Origin: Gemmatimonadota bacterium | GTDB lineage: Bacteria; Gemmatimonadota; Gemmatimonadetes; Palauibacterales; Palauibacteraceae | Length of the DNA stretch: 64,000 nt | Direction of reading: 5' to 3' | Assembly (NCBI GenBank): GCA_039588275.1 | Contig: JBDHAC010000004.1 | Location: forward strand, 1-64,000 | Shown here: piece by piece, positions 35,373 through 44,988 of the stretch | Numbering within the stretch: position 1 is the stretch's first letter | Layout of the letters: each line of letters opens with the position of its first letter | Notes under the pieces: model-generated | What the model was told of the DNA's origin: nothing | What the model saw: the letters and a program-made list of their open reading frames with translations, nothing else | Databases searched by the model: none | Translations under genes and position numbers: made by a program

Positions 35373-35755
35373 TCTCCTCTGAGCTCCGCGCTGACCTCGC
35401 CGGACAGGGCGCTCTCGTTGCCGTCCAGGTCGAGCGCCGTCACCGCGAAGTAGTAAATGCCGCCGGACAGGTGGGTCAGCGTGTGGGTCGTCTCGGAGCC
35501 TACCTCCACCATGGTGCTGGCGTCTTTCGTGAGCGGCGTCGTTTGGCTGTAATAGAGCCTGTACGAGGCCAAGTCGGTGAGCGGCGCCCCGGTGGCATCC
35601 GTGGCAGGGGGATCCCAGGCAAGGGTGATCGAAAATGTCTGGATCTGGGAAGGTGGTCCGGTGAAATCCGCCGGTGCGCCGGGCTGGCAGGCCATCCCGA
35701 GTGAAACCAGGACTGCGAGGACCGACCTGCGTCCCCGGGAAGGGAATCCGTCCAT
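35369..35755 (-). CDS. Lipoprotein with a single FN3-like domain
   Basis: Basic N-region and lipobox LGMA-C; SITLAWDPP...DLASYRLYY...LSGGIYYFAVTALDLDGNESALSGEV is the FN3 B-G strand pattern. Confidence 0.8.
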   Translation of the reverse strand: MDGFPSRGRRSVLAVLVSLGMACQPGAPADFTGPPSQIQTFSITLAWDPPATDATGAPLTDLASYRLYYSQTTPLTKDASTMVEVGSETTHTLTHLSGGIYYFAVTALDLDGNESALSGEVSAELRGE

Positions 35756-36140
35756 CTCGCTCTCGCTCCACCCTTTCGAGGAACTCGCCCGCGCGGGGCA
35801 ATCGCGCCGCCGGAGCCCCTGCTCCGTGGCCCGCCGCGCCGGCATCTCCAGTCCCTGCGCCCGCGACAGGTGGGCGCAATCGTGAAGATGCCATGGCCGA
35901 GTCCGCCGCTCCGCACCGCGTTCGCCGACGCACGTTAGTGCGACAGGCTACTTCCCCCGGAGCAATCCGGACGTACCGAACGCATACGCGAATGACGCAG
36001 GAAATGCAAACCCGCTCGGGCTGTGGGGGCTTCCTTGCTCGCTGGAAGGAGGCCATCCAACTTCCGTCGACGGGAGGGCATGCGACCGGGGGCGCGGGGG
36101 CATGCGACCGGGTGATACGGCCGACACAGGAAGAGACGAC

Positions 36141-36539
36141 GTGAACCAGGACTCCGACCCCACCGAGTCGATCCGCAGAATCTCGCGAGAACGTGCCGAA
36201 CGAATCGGACGCAAGGCTTTCGACGAGATGGTGGATGCCTTCTACGCAGACGATGCGCAGTTGCTCCCATCGGGGGCTTCGGCCCTGCGTGGTCGAGAGA
36301 AGATTCGGCGGTTCTGGCACCTGACGCCTGACGAGGGACTCGTGTCTCTCACACTCGGGAGCCGGGAGATCGAGGCGTCCGGGGATCTGGCGTTCGAGAT
36401 CGGTCGCTTCTCGAGGACCGTGCGCCCGCGTCACGGCGCGCCATTCCAGGAACATGGGAAGTACATCGTCGTCTATCGTCATGGTGCAGACGGCTATCGG
36501 GCCATTGCCGAGATGTACAACAGCGACGCGAGACGCTGA
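36141..36539 (+). CDS. DUF4440/SnoaL (NTF2-like) protein
   Basis: FYADDAQLLPSG...RGREKIRRFW...SGDLAFEIGRF...GKYIVVYR; GTG start at 36141. Confidence 0.8.
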   Translation: MNQDSDPTESIRRISRERAERIGRKAFDEMVDAFYADDAQLLPSGASALRGREKIRRFWHLTPDEGLVSLTLGSREIEASGDLAFEIGRFSRTVRPRHGAPFQEHGKYIVVYRHGADGYRAIAEMYNSDARR

Positions 36540-36578
36540 TCGGCCGAAACAGTTGGAGAGCGGAGAACTGGAGACGGC

Positions 36579-36959
36579 ATGAGCACTGACGCGACTCTGT
36601 ACAGCCTGGCGGAGGTCCCCGTGGAGCCGGTGACGGACACGATTCGTCGCCAGTTGATCACGGGGGAGCGTGCGATGTTGGCGTACGTGCGCCTGGATCG
36701 GGGGTGCATCGTCCCACGGCACTCGCACGAGAACGAGCAGTTCACCTGCATCCTCGATGGCGCGCTTCGCTTCTGGCTCGGGGACGACGGAGAAGACGAG
36801 CGCGTGGTCCGGGCGGGAGAGATTCTCCACATCCCGTCCAACGTGCCCCACAAGGCCGAGGCCCTCGAGGACACGTTGGACCTGGACGTGTTCTGTCCGC
36901 CCCGCCAGGACTGGCTGGATGGAACGGACACCTACTTTCACGACGACCCCGAAGCGTGA
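36579..36959 (+). CDS. Cupin domain protein
   Basis: VPRHSHENEQ and IPSNVPH metal-binding cupin motifs; DLDVFCPPRQDW. Confidence 0.88.
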   Translation: MSTDATLYSLAEVPVEPVTDTIRRQLITGERAMLAYVRLDRGCIVPRHSHENEQFTCILDGALRFWLGDDGEDERVVRAGEILHIPSNVPHKAEALEDTLDLDVFCPPRQDWLDGTDTYFHDDPEA

Positions 36960-36966
36960 GGTCGAC

Positions 36967-37758
36967 ATGGACCTAGGTCTGCGAGGGAAGGTGGCCTTGG
37001 TAGCGGCCTCGAGTCGCGGATTGGGGCGAGCCGTGGCCGAAGAGCTGGGGGCGGAGGGAGCCCATCTGGTGCTTTGCGCTCGGGGAGAACGAGAGCTCGA
37101 GGACGCCGCTCGCGCCATCACGGAGCAGTGCGAGGTCCGCGCTCATCCCGTGCCCACCGACCTGGCGGACCCCGAGGCGATCGAAGGCTTGGTGCGCGCG
37201 GCGCTGAGCGAGTTCGGCCGCGTGGACATCCTCGTGAACAACGCGGGCGGGCCGCCGGCGGGGCCGTTCGAGAGCCACACGCGCGAGGACTGGCGACAGG
37301 CCATCCGATTGAACCTGGAAAGCGCGCTCGAGCTCACTCGCCAGCTCCTTCCGGGGATGAAGGAACGCGGGTGGGGGCGCATCATCAACATCACGTCCCT
37401 GGCCGTAAAGGAGCCGGTCGACCAGCTCATCCTTTCCAATAGCGTGCGCGCCGCCGTAACGGGGTTCGCTCGGACGCTGGCGAACGAGGTCGCGGCACAC
37501 GGGATCACCGTGAACAACGCCCTGCCGGGCTATACGCGAACGAAGCGATTGGAGCAGTTGGCGGAGACGGTCGCGCGGGACAGGAAAATCGACGTGCGGC
37601 ACGTAGAGGCCGAGTGGGAGAGCACCATCCCCATGGCGCGCCTCGGCGAGCCCCGCGAGTTCGCGGCCTTGGTGGCGTTTCTCGCCTCCGAGCGCGCGAG
37701 CTACATCACGGGCACTTCGGTCACCGTCGACGGCGGGCGGGTACGCTCGCTCTTCTAG
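36967..37758 (+). CDS. SDR family oxidoreductase
   Basis: MDLGLRGKVALVAASSRGLG, DILVNNAGGP, GWGRIINITS, SNSVRAA, VDGG; GAGG RBS upstream. Confidence 0.9.
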   Translation: MDLGLRGKVALVAASSRGLGRAVAEELGAEGAHLVLCARGERELEDAARAITEQCEVRAHPVPTDLADPEAIEGLVRAALSEFGRVDILVNNAGGPPAGPFESHTREDWRQAIRLNLESALELTRQLLPGMKERGWGRIINITSLAVKEPVDQLILSNSVRAAVTGFARTLANEVAAHGITVNNALPGYTRTKRLEQLAETVARDRKIDVRHVEAEWESTIPMARLGEPREFAALVAFLASERASYITGTSVTVDGGRVRSLF

Positions 37759-37875
37759 CGGGTAGCCGGGGGCGTCCGATCTCCCCGCCACCCGCCATTT
37801 CGACCTGCTCGTCCGCTCGGGTGTCGCGTCGTCGGTTGGAGAGTCGGCGTCGTCAGTTCAGGCGTCTCCGGACCG

Positions 37876-38307
37876 TCAACGCAGCGTGAAAGTGAAATCC
37901 GCCGCGAAGGGTGCTCCCGCGCACTCGTCGTCGATCTCGACGCTTCCAGACACGGAGCTCCCGCCCTCGGCGACGACGCCGCCGCCGGAGGCCACGCCGC
38001 TGCACCCGTTCTCCACGATCGAATACGGGACGGTCAAGGTGAGCTCGGCGCCCACGATCAGGCCTTCCAGATCGCCGTCGATCGTGACCGGGTCGCGGAT
38101 CGCCATGACGCCGGTGACCGCGCCGCCGACCGCGGTCTCGAGCTGCATGGTCCCCGTGTACACTTGGCCATCGTCGGCCACGAACTCGATGGCGTACTCG
38201 CCGTTGACGTTGAAGGCGTAGCCGGGCTCGCCGGGCTCGGGGTTTCCGGCGCACGCGGCCAAACCGGCCGACAGCACCGCGGTGCCGAGTAGCGTTGTCA
38301 TCCTCAT
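37876..38307 (-). CDS. Hypothetical beta-rich lipoprotein
   Basis: ATG 38307 after AGGAG; lipobox LAA-C; acidic beta-rich body with two further Cys. Confidence 0.7.
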   Translation of the reverse strand: MRMTTLLGTAVLSAGLAACAGNPEPGEPGYAFNVNGEYAIEFVADDGQVYTGTMQLETAVGGAVTGVMAIRDPVTIDGDLEGLIVGAELTLTVPYSIVENGCSGVASGGGVVAEGGSSVSGSVEIDDECAGAPFAADFTFTLR

Positions 38308-38542
38308 GCCAGGTCTCCTGTGGAAGGGAAGGGGCGTCGGCCTCCGACGAGCGTGGGGGCGCGACGTACCGCTCTCGCGGCTCCGTACGGCTCGCGCGCG
38401 CGGCCGGTTTCGCACGCTCCGTCAGCGCTGCCGTCCCGCGCGCGAGCGTAGTAGATTCACGCGCGCCGCGCTACGGCCGCGGCGTAGCCAAGAGCATGTG
38501 AGGCGAGAAGGCACGTTCACGATATACCGGAGATCGAATCCC

Positions 38543-39058
38543 ATGGTCGACAAAGAGGTCCAGGACGCGATAAACGAGCAGATCAGACACGAGTTTTACG
38601 CTGCGTATCAATACCTCGCCATGATGACTTACTTCGAGGGCAAGAGTCTGGATGGCTTCGCGACCTGGATGCGACATCAGGCCGAGGAGGAGGTAGCACA
38701 TGCCATGCGGCTGGTGGACTTCCTGCTGGACAGGGGCGGAGAGGTCGAGCTGCACGCGATCGAAAAGCCCCACTCGGGTTTCGCGTCGCCGCTCGAGGTG
38801 ATGCGCGCGGCTCTCGCACACGAGCAGAAGGTCACGGCCATGATCAACGACCTGTACGAGTTGGCGGTCGCACACAACGACTACCCGGCTCAGGTCCTCC
38901 TCCAGTGGTTCATCTCCGAGCAAGTAGAAGAGGAAAAGAGCGCCGGGGACATCGTGGACAAGCTCGAGTTCGCCGGTGACTCACCGAGCGCCATCCTCGT
39001 CCTGGACGAACGTCTTGGCCAGCGCACGGGCGACGAAGACGAAGAGGAAAAAGCGTAA
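38543..39058 (+). CDS. ftnA: Non-heme ferritin
   Basis: AINEQIRHEFYAAYQYLAM, QAEEEVAHAMR, HEQKVT, LQWFISEQVEEE (ferroxidase residues). Confidence 0.93.
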   Translation: MVDKEVQDAINEQIRHEFYAAYQYLAMMTYFEGKSLDGFATWMRHQAEEEVAHAMRLVDFLLDRGGEVELHAIEKPHSGFASPLEVMRAALAHEQKVTAMINDLYELAVAHNDYPAQVLLQWFISEQVEEEKSAGDIVDKLEFAGDSPSAILVLDERLGQRTGDEDEEEKA

Positions 39059-39097
39059 CGGCGCGGACAGTATCCGGGAGGCTCGAAGGCGGGCGAC

Positions 39098-40549
39098 GTG
39101 GGTCAGGTACCGCTCCTCACGATCGGACACATCTCGCTCGCTTTCGTGCTTTCCGTGCACATCCTGCTTCACAAGCATCGCCCCGTCTCTGCAGTCCTGT
39201 GGCTCGCCGCGGTCTGGGCCGTACCCATCGCCGGCGCCCTCGGGTATGGTGCCTTCGGAGTGGATCGTGTTCGCCGGCACGCTTCCGAGCGCGCGATCGT
39301 GCAGCGGGCCCTGTATCACGGACCTTCCAGTTTGCTGGCAGTCGAATGGTCGGGCTCGACGGAGGAGGACCCGCTCAACGCGCACCCGGCCGAGCACATT
39401 CTTCGCACCACGGACCCCGCCGTGCGCGCGCATCGCGTACTCCCCGGCAACCGCGCCGAATTGCTGGTGGATGGGGACGAGTTCTACCCGGTGCTGTTCG
39501 ACGCGCTCGAAGGCGCCGAGTCCTCGATCAACCTGCAGACGTACATCTTCGCCATCGATCGAACGGGCAAGCGCCTGCGCGATCTGCTGATGCGCAAAGC
39601 CGCCGAGGGTGTGCAGGTACGCGTGCTGTACGATCGGTTCGGGTCGACGTTCGCACACGTGACGGGCTTCTTCAGATCGGCGAAGAAGAACGGGGTTCGG
39701 GTCGGCTCCATCAGCCAGGCCCACCCACTCAAGGGCCGGTTCCAGATCAACCTGCGGAATCACCGGAAGGTGGTGGTGATCGACGGCCGGTCCGGCTTCC
39801 TGGGCGGTATGAACTTCGATGACCGCAATCTGAGCGTGCCCGGGCGCATCGGGCCCGACCGCGACTATCAGGTCCGTCTGGCCGGACCGGCGGTCATGGA
39901 ACTGCAGGACGCATTCGTGGCCGATTGGTACTTCGCCACCCGGGAAGATCCCGAGACGTTTCGGTCCGAAGCGTTCTTTCCGACGCTCCTTCCCGTAGGT
40001 AACGGGCTCGTACAGATGGTGCCCGGAGCTCCCGAGCGGGGCGGACGCGGACTGGCGCACGCGTACTTCGCGGCGCTGGTCTCGGCGCGTGAGTCGGTCG
40101 ATATCGTGACCGCGTACTTCGTGCCGGACGAGACGATACTGGAGGCACTCCGATACGCGGCGTTCCGCGGGGTGCGCGTCCGACTCGTGCTGCCCGCGAA
40201 GAGCAACCACTGGTACACGAGCTACGCCGCTCGCTCGCTGTACGGGCCTCTTCTGCAAGCAGGCGTGCGCATCTTCGAGCGCGAGCCGCCGTTCATGCAT
40301 GCCAAGGCACTCGTGGTGGATGGCGTATACGCGATGATGGGCTCGGCGAATCTCGACTACCGGAGCCTGCAGCTGAACTACGAGCTGAACGTAGAGATCG
40401 CGGATCCACCCTTTCTGGAGAGGTTGACCGAGCAGGTGGAATCGGAGATCGCCGTCAGCTGCGAGATCACGCTCGCGCACCACGCCGCGCGGCCGGTCGT
40501 CCGGCGGCTGACCGAGAACCTCTGTTTCCTCTTCCAGCCCATGCTGTGA
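39098..40549 (+). CDS. cls: Cardiolipin synthase (phospholipase D family)
   Basis: Two N-terminal TMs; two HKD motifs (NHRKVVVIDG...GGMN and HAKALVVDG...GSANLD); TAYFVPD. Confidence 0.9.
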   Translation: MGQVPLLTIGHISLAFVLSVHILLHKHRPVSAVLWLAAVWAVPIAGALGYGAFGVDRVRRHASERAIVQRALYHGPSSLLAVEWSGSTEEDPLNAHPAEHILRTTDPAVRAHRVLPGNRAELLVDGDEFYPVLFDALEGAESSINLQTYIFAIDRTGKRLRDLLMRKAAEGVQVRVLYDRFGSTFAHVTGFFRSAKKNGVRVGSISQAHPLKGRFQINLRNHRKVVVIDGRSGFLGGMNFDDRNLSVPGRIGPDRDYQVRLAGPAVMELQDAFVADWYFATREDPETFRSEAFFPTLLPVGNGLVQMVPGAPERGGRGLAHAYFAALVSARESVDIVTAYFVPDETILEALRYAAFRGVRVRLVLPAKSNHWYTSYAARSLYGPLLQAGVRIFEREPPFMHAKALVVDGVYAMMGSANLDYRSLQLNYELNVEIADPPFLERLTEQVESEIAVSCEITLAHHAARPVVRRLTENLCFLFQPML

Positions 40550-41403
40550 TGGCAACCGCCGAGGAATGGCTCCGAGCGGAGGACGAAACCCGGCTCTTTC
40601 ACCGCTGGTGGGTACCGTCCGGCGAGCCGCGAGCGGCCCTCGCCGTCATCCACGGCGTCGGCGAGCACGGCGATCGTTACGCGCCGTTCGCCGAGCTGCT
40701 GACGGCTCGACGAGCAGCCGTCCACGTCATGGATCTCCGCGGTCACGGCCGCTCGGACGGGGTGCGGGTCCACGTGGATCGGTGGGGTTCGTACCTGACG
40801 GATCTGGCCGCATTCCTTGGCGCGGTCGGGAGGGTGCGAGGCGCGTGCCCCGTCTTCCTGTTCGGTCATAGCCTCGGAGCGCTGATCGCGCTCGACTACG
40901 CGCTCGGCCCCGGATCGGGCTCGACCGACGGATCAAGGCCGGTCGGACTGATCTCGAGCTCGACGGCGATCGATCCGAAAGGCGTTGCGACCCCACTCCT
41001 GGTGACGATCGCCAGGCTGCTCTCTCGAGTGGCGCCGCGGGTTTCGCTCGACCTTGGGATCGACCCCGCGGCCCTGTCTCGCGACCCGGCGGTGGCGCAT
41101 GCCTACGAGGAGGATCCCCTGGTGCACCGGAGGGCCACCGTACGGTGGGGTACCGAGGTCCTCGCGGCGACGGCGTCGATTCGGCGCAGGGCAGCCCGGC
41201 TGCGGATGCCGCTTCTCGCGTGCCACGGTACGGCCGATCGCCTCACATCGCCGGACGGCAGCCGCTGGCTCGCGGAGACCGTGTCCAGCGCCGACGTGGA
41301 GCTGAAGCTGTTCCCGGGTGCGTACCATGAGCCGCACAACGACCTGTGCGCCGGAGAGGTCGCGGCGCACTTCGTCGCGTGGATGGAGACGCGGGTCGCA
41401 TGA
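40549..41403 (+). CDS. Alpha/beta-hydrolase, lysophospholipase/monoacylglycerol lipase-like
   Basis: IHGVGEH, DLRGHGRSDG, FGHSLG nucleophile elbow, HGTAD, YHEPHND; start overlaps the cls stop. Confidence 0.9.
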   Translation: MATAEEWLRAEDETRLFHRWWVPSGEPRAALAVIHGVGEHGDRYAPFAELLTARRAAVHVMDLRGHGRSDGVRVHVDRWGSYLTDLAAFLGAVGRVRGACPVFLFGHSLGALIALDYALGPGSGSTDGSRPVGLISSSTAIDPKGVATPLLVTIARLLSRVAPRVSLDLGIDPAALSRDPAVAHAYEEDPLVHRRATVRWGTEVLAATASIRRRAARLRMPLLACHGTADRLTSPDGSRWLAETVSSADVELKLFPGAYHEPHNDLCAGEVAAHFVAWMETRVA

Positions 41404-41474
41404 GTCGAGGATCCCGCATGCCGTGGCGTGGCCGGAGTCGTAGCCACACTCATTCAGAAGGAACTCGCTGAACG

Positions 41475-42149
41475 ATGACCACAGGACGGCTTCCCTTCAT
41501 ACCGCTCACCGGGTATCCGCCGATCCCGCCGGACGAGATGGTGACACGGGCGCGCGCATTCCGAGATGAGATGCAGCGTCGGCGAACCGTGCGTCACTTT
41601 TCAGATCGGGAGGTGCCCCGCGACGTTATTGATGCGGCTCTCGAGGCCGCCGGGACAGCGCCCAACGGCGCCAACATGCAGCCGTGGCACTTCGTCGTGA
41701 TCGGCGACCCGGCCGTGAAAGGCCGCATTCGCGTGGCGGCGGAGCAAGAAGAGCACGAGTTCTACACGCGCAGAGCCCCGAAGGAGTGGCTCGAGGCGCT
41801 GGCGCCGCTGGGTACGGATGAGCACAAGCCGTTTCTCGAAACGGCACCCTACCTGATCGCGATCTTCGCCGAGAGCTATTCTCTGCGTCCGGATGGGGTG
41901 AGGGTGAAGAACTACTACGTGACCGAATCGGTCGGGATCGCGACCGGGATTCTGATCACCGCGTTGCACCGCGCCGGGCTCGCGACGCTCACCCACACAC
42001 CGAGCCCGATGCGGTTCCTGAACGAGATCCTCGGGAGACCGGAGAACGAGCGCCCGTTCCTGCTCCTGGTCGTCGGTCATCCCGCGGAGGATGCGACGGT
42101 ACCCGACCTGCGCAAGAAGCCCCTGGAAGAGATCGCCAGCTTCGTGTAG
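41475..42149 (+). CDS. Nitroreductase-superfamily flavoprotein, iodotyrosine deiodinase-like
   Basis: [60 protein letters not shown]: the lid E/Y/K and active-site Thr pattern of the IYD subgroup. Confidence 0.8.
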   Translation: MTTGRLPFIPLTGYPPIPPDEMVTRARAFRDEMQRRRTVRHFSDREVPRDVIDAALEAAGTAPNGANMQPWHFVVIGDPAVKGRIRVAAEQEEHEFYTRRAPKEWLEALAPLGTDEHKPFLETAPYLIAIFAESYSLRPDGVRVKNYYVTESVGIATGILITALHRAGLATLTHTPSPMRFLNEILGRPENERPFLLLVVGHPAEDATVPDLRKKPLEEIASFV

Positions 42150-42210
42150 GCCCGGTCGCGCGCGCACTCGGGCAGTGCGCCGCCGGTAGGAGTGCTCGGG
42201 TAGCGACCTG

Positions 42211-43701
42211 CTAGTTCGCCCGCACGGTGCGGCCTTCAGCCCACGCCCGCAGGCCCTGCACCTTTTCGGACATCGTCCTGGAGAGCGGACGGGTCGCGGC
42301 GACTTCGGCCAACAACGCGTCAGTAGAGAGCGTCGCCTTGTCCGAGAACGCGGTGTAAAGCCCCGCGACGACCACCTGCTCGATCTCGGAGCCGCTGAAG
42401 CCGTCAGTCGCACTCGCGAGGTTGGAGAGCCCGAAGCCCGAGCTCTTCTGGCCGCGCTTACGGAGGTGGATCTCGAAGATCTTCTCGCGAGTCTCTTCAT
42501 CCGGCAGGTCGACGAAGAAGATCTCGTCGAAGCGGCCCTTGCGCAGGAATTCGGCAGGGAGCCGCTGGACGTCGTTGGCGGTCGCGACCACGAACACGTC
42601 GCCACGGCGGTCCTGCAGCCAGGAGAGGAAGGTTCCCAGGATGCGCATGGTCACTCCGCCATCCTGATCGCCCGCACCCGCAAACGCCTTCTCCAACTCG
42701 TCGATCCACAGGATTACGGGAGCCATGCGCTCGGCGGCGGCTACCGCGCGCTTGAAGTTCCGCTCGCTCTCTCCGATGTACTTGTTGTACAGGTTCGATG
42801 GGTCGAGCTTGAGCAGCGGCAAGCCCCACTCCATGGCCACCGCCTTCGCGCACAGGCTCTTGCCGCAACCGGGTACGCCCAGCAGTAGGACGCCACGCGG
42901 GAACTCGAGCCCGAACTCGGAGGCACGCTCCGGGGTCTCGACAATCGCCTGACGCTTCCGGAGCCAGTCCTTGAGCGTGGCCAGGTCCGCCACCTCGGCC
43001 AGGCTCTCCTCTACCGGGTAATACTCCAGCAGCCCTTCTCGCTCGATCAGTTGCTTCTTGGCCTCGACGACCTTGCGGATATCGTCCGGCGACAGTTGTC
43101 CGTCCTCGATGATCGCCTTGGTGAGTACCTTCTCGGCCTCCAGGAGGGTGAGGCCGCGGAGGTTCTGGAGCAGCCTCTGAGTCTCGTCCGGCGTCTGATC
43201 CACGGCGATGTGACCACGGCGATTCAGATCTCGCACGATGTGCTGCAACAGTGCCCTGTATTCCTCGATGTCCGGTGGCGGCAGTTGCAGGACGGTGGCG
43301 ACCTGCTGCACGGACTCCGGCAGATCGAGCCCGGCTCCGGTCAGGATGATTGCCCCGGCGACCTCGCGGTACGGTTCGGCCGCGTCGCGAAGCTTCCGCG
43401 CCAACACCGAGTCGGCCAGATACGGCTCGAAGCCCTTGAACAGATAGATGGCCGGGAAGCGCGCGCTCTCGACGTGATCCAGCGCCTGACTGGGATCGCC
43501 CGTACCGTAGATGCTTGACTCCTTGTCGGTCCGGCGCAGCCCCTTGCTGGGGGTCCACGCGAACAACGGCAGATCCAGTTGGTCGGCGAGATGCTTGAGA
43601 AGACTCTCGGCTCGGTCCTCCTCGGCGGTGTCGAGAACGACGATCGAGTGGCGAGAGCGGAGAAGGAGATCGAGGTCCTGGAGAGGGTCAGTTCGGCTCA
43701 T
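42211..43701 (-). CDS. AAA+ ATPase (Ycf46-like architecture)
   Basis: Degenerate N-terminal domain (EEDRA), then GVPGCGKS Walker A, LWIDELEK Walker B, TAND, RKGRFDEIFFVDLP, GFSGSEIEQ, LRAWA. Confidence 0.85.
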   Translation of the reverse strand: MSRTDPLQDLDLLLRSRHSIVVLDTAEEDRAESLLKHLADQLDLPLFAWTPSKGLRRTDKESSIYGTGDPSQALDHVESARFPAIYLFKGFEPYLADSVLARKLRDAAEPYREVAGAIILTGAGLDLPESVQQVATVLQLPPPDIEEYRALLQHIVRDLNRRGHIAVDQTPDETQRLLQNLRGLTLLEAEKVLTKAIIEDGQLSPDDIRKVVEAKKQLIEREGLLEYYPVEESLAEVADLATLKDWLRKRQAIVETPERASEFGLEFPRGVLLLGVPGCGKSLCAKAVAMEWGLPLLKLDPSNLYNKYIGESERNFKRAVAAAERMAPVILWIDELEKAFAGAGDQDGGVTMRILGTFLSWLQDRRGDVFVVATANDVQRLPAEFLRKGRFDEIFFVDLPDEETREKIFEIHLRKRGQKSSGFGLSNLASATDGFSGSEIEQVVVAGLYTAFSDKATLSTDALLAEVAATRPLSRTMSEKVQGLRAWAEGRTVRAN

Positions 43702-44765
43702 GCCGAGCCGGCCTCCGGGTTCGCCAGATAACGCTCGGCTCTCCGTCGAGCGGCATGCACGGGAGATTCGTCTCCCGCGGCCGCTTCCTCGAAGATCGCT
43801 GCGAGCGTGGCGCCGATACCTTCCACCTCGGAGCGGATCTGTTCCTCATCGGTCACCCCGAGCTGCATGCGACCGAACGCGATCGCACCACCCGCGTTGA
43901 TGATGTAGTCGGGTGCGTACAGGATGTCGCGCTCGTGCAGACGTTCAGCATCCTCGGGCGCCTGAAGCTGGTTGTTCGCGGAGCCCGCCACGATGTGACA
44001 GCGCAGACGTGGAACCGTCTCCGCGTCGAGCGTGGCACCGACGGCGCATGGCGAGTAGATGTCGACCTCGGCGTCGGCCATATCGGCCGGCGCCACGACC
44101 GTACCGACCAGTCGTTCGGCGCTCGCTCGGGCCGTCTCCTCGTCGATGTCACACATGACGAGCCGCGCCCCCGCGTCCGCCAGCATGTGGGCCAACGGCA
44201 GGCCGACATCCCCGACGCCCTGGATGAGAACCGAGCGTCCCTCGAGCGAGCTGTCTCCGAATCGGCTCTGGAGGGCGGCGCGCATGCCGGCGAGCACGCC
44301 GAGGGCGGTGTAGGGTCCGGGATCCGTGCTGTGCCCGTGGAGGATCCCCATGACATAGGGAGCGCCGCCGGAGACGACCTTCATGTCCTCCGGGGTGGTG
44401 CCCAGATCCACGCCGGTGCGGAACGCCCCCCGCAACGAGCTCAACAGCCGGCCGTACCGCTCCAGCAGGCGCTGCCTGCGGTCACCCGTGAGCGTCTCCC
44501 GTGTCGCGAGCACCGCCTTGCCGCCCCCAAACGGGATTCCGACACCCGCCCACTTGTACGTCATGCCTTCGGCCAGGCGCATGGCGTCGAGGAGGCCTTC
44601 ACCCAGGGTCGGGTACGTCTTCATCCGGGTGCCACCGACGGCGGGACCCATGCGGGTGTCGTGAAGAGCGATGAAGATCCACGTGTCGGTCGCGGGGTCG
44701 CGAGCCACGACCACGGACTCGCCCGGCCAGCCCTCGATTCGTGTCGTCAGATCATCCGGTGTCAA
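43698..44765 (-). CDS. Glu/Leu/Phe/Val dehydrogenase (leucine dehydrogenase-like)
   Basis: GPAVGGTR, LAEGMTYK, GGGKAV, DLGTT, QGVGDVG, PCAVG, GSANNQL, PDYIINAGG; TTG start. Confidence 0.92.
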   Translation of the reverse strand: MTPDDLTTRIEGWPGESVVVARDPATDTWIFIALHDTRMGPAVGGTRMKTYPTLGEGLLDAMRLAEGMTYKWAGVGIPFGGGKAVLATRETLTGDRRQRLLERYGRLLSSLRGAFRTGVDLGTTPEDMKVVSGGAPYVMGILHGHSTDPGPYTALGVLAGMRAALQSRFGDSSLEGRSVLIQGVGDVGLPLAHMLADAGARLVMCDIDEETARASAERLVGTVVAPADMADAEVDIYSPCAVGATLDAETVPRLRCHIVAGSANNQLQAPEDAERLHERDILYAPDYIINAGGAIAFGRMQLGVTDEEQIRSEVEGIGATLAAIFEEAAAGDESPVHAARRRAERYLANPEAGSA

Positions 44766-44916
44766 GTTAGCCCCCCCGCGACGTCGCGCGGCGGATACGC
44801 ACGGCGACGGGTCACGGACCGGACCGCACCCCGCGACCTGGAAGTGGTGGAACGAAGTGAATATGGGCGCCCGCTGGCCCGGGCGCCCGGTGCTATCTAC
44901 GGATCGTAGGTGTCAC

Positions 44917-44988
44917 CTACAGATAGTAGATGAGCAGGTAAGCAGCCAGAACGACGATCAGGATCGTGTAGATTAGCTTCCGATTCAT
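44917..44988 (-). CDS. Unannotated 23-aa single-helix membrane peptide MNRKLIYTILIVVLAAYLLIYYL
   Basis: Manually translated from ATG 44988 to TAG 44917; GAGGGGG purine run just upstream; positive N-terminus plus 19 uncharged, mostly hydrophobic residues; most codons end in G/C. Confidence 0.65.
   Translation of the reverse strand: MNRKLIYTILIVVLAAYLLIYYL

Noticed and set aside
35870..35900. Sigma54 promoter for the FN3 operon (TGGCAT...TTGC on the minus strand)
   Set aside because: GG-to-GC spacing is 13 nt rather than the required 10.
35373..37121. N-terminal ~580 aa of the listed 1291-aa ORF (33246-37121)
   Set aside because: It overlaps the FN3 lipoprotein and three plus-strand genes and reads as low-complexity Arg-rich sequence; the real protein starts at 35372 or 35333 with a signal peptide.
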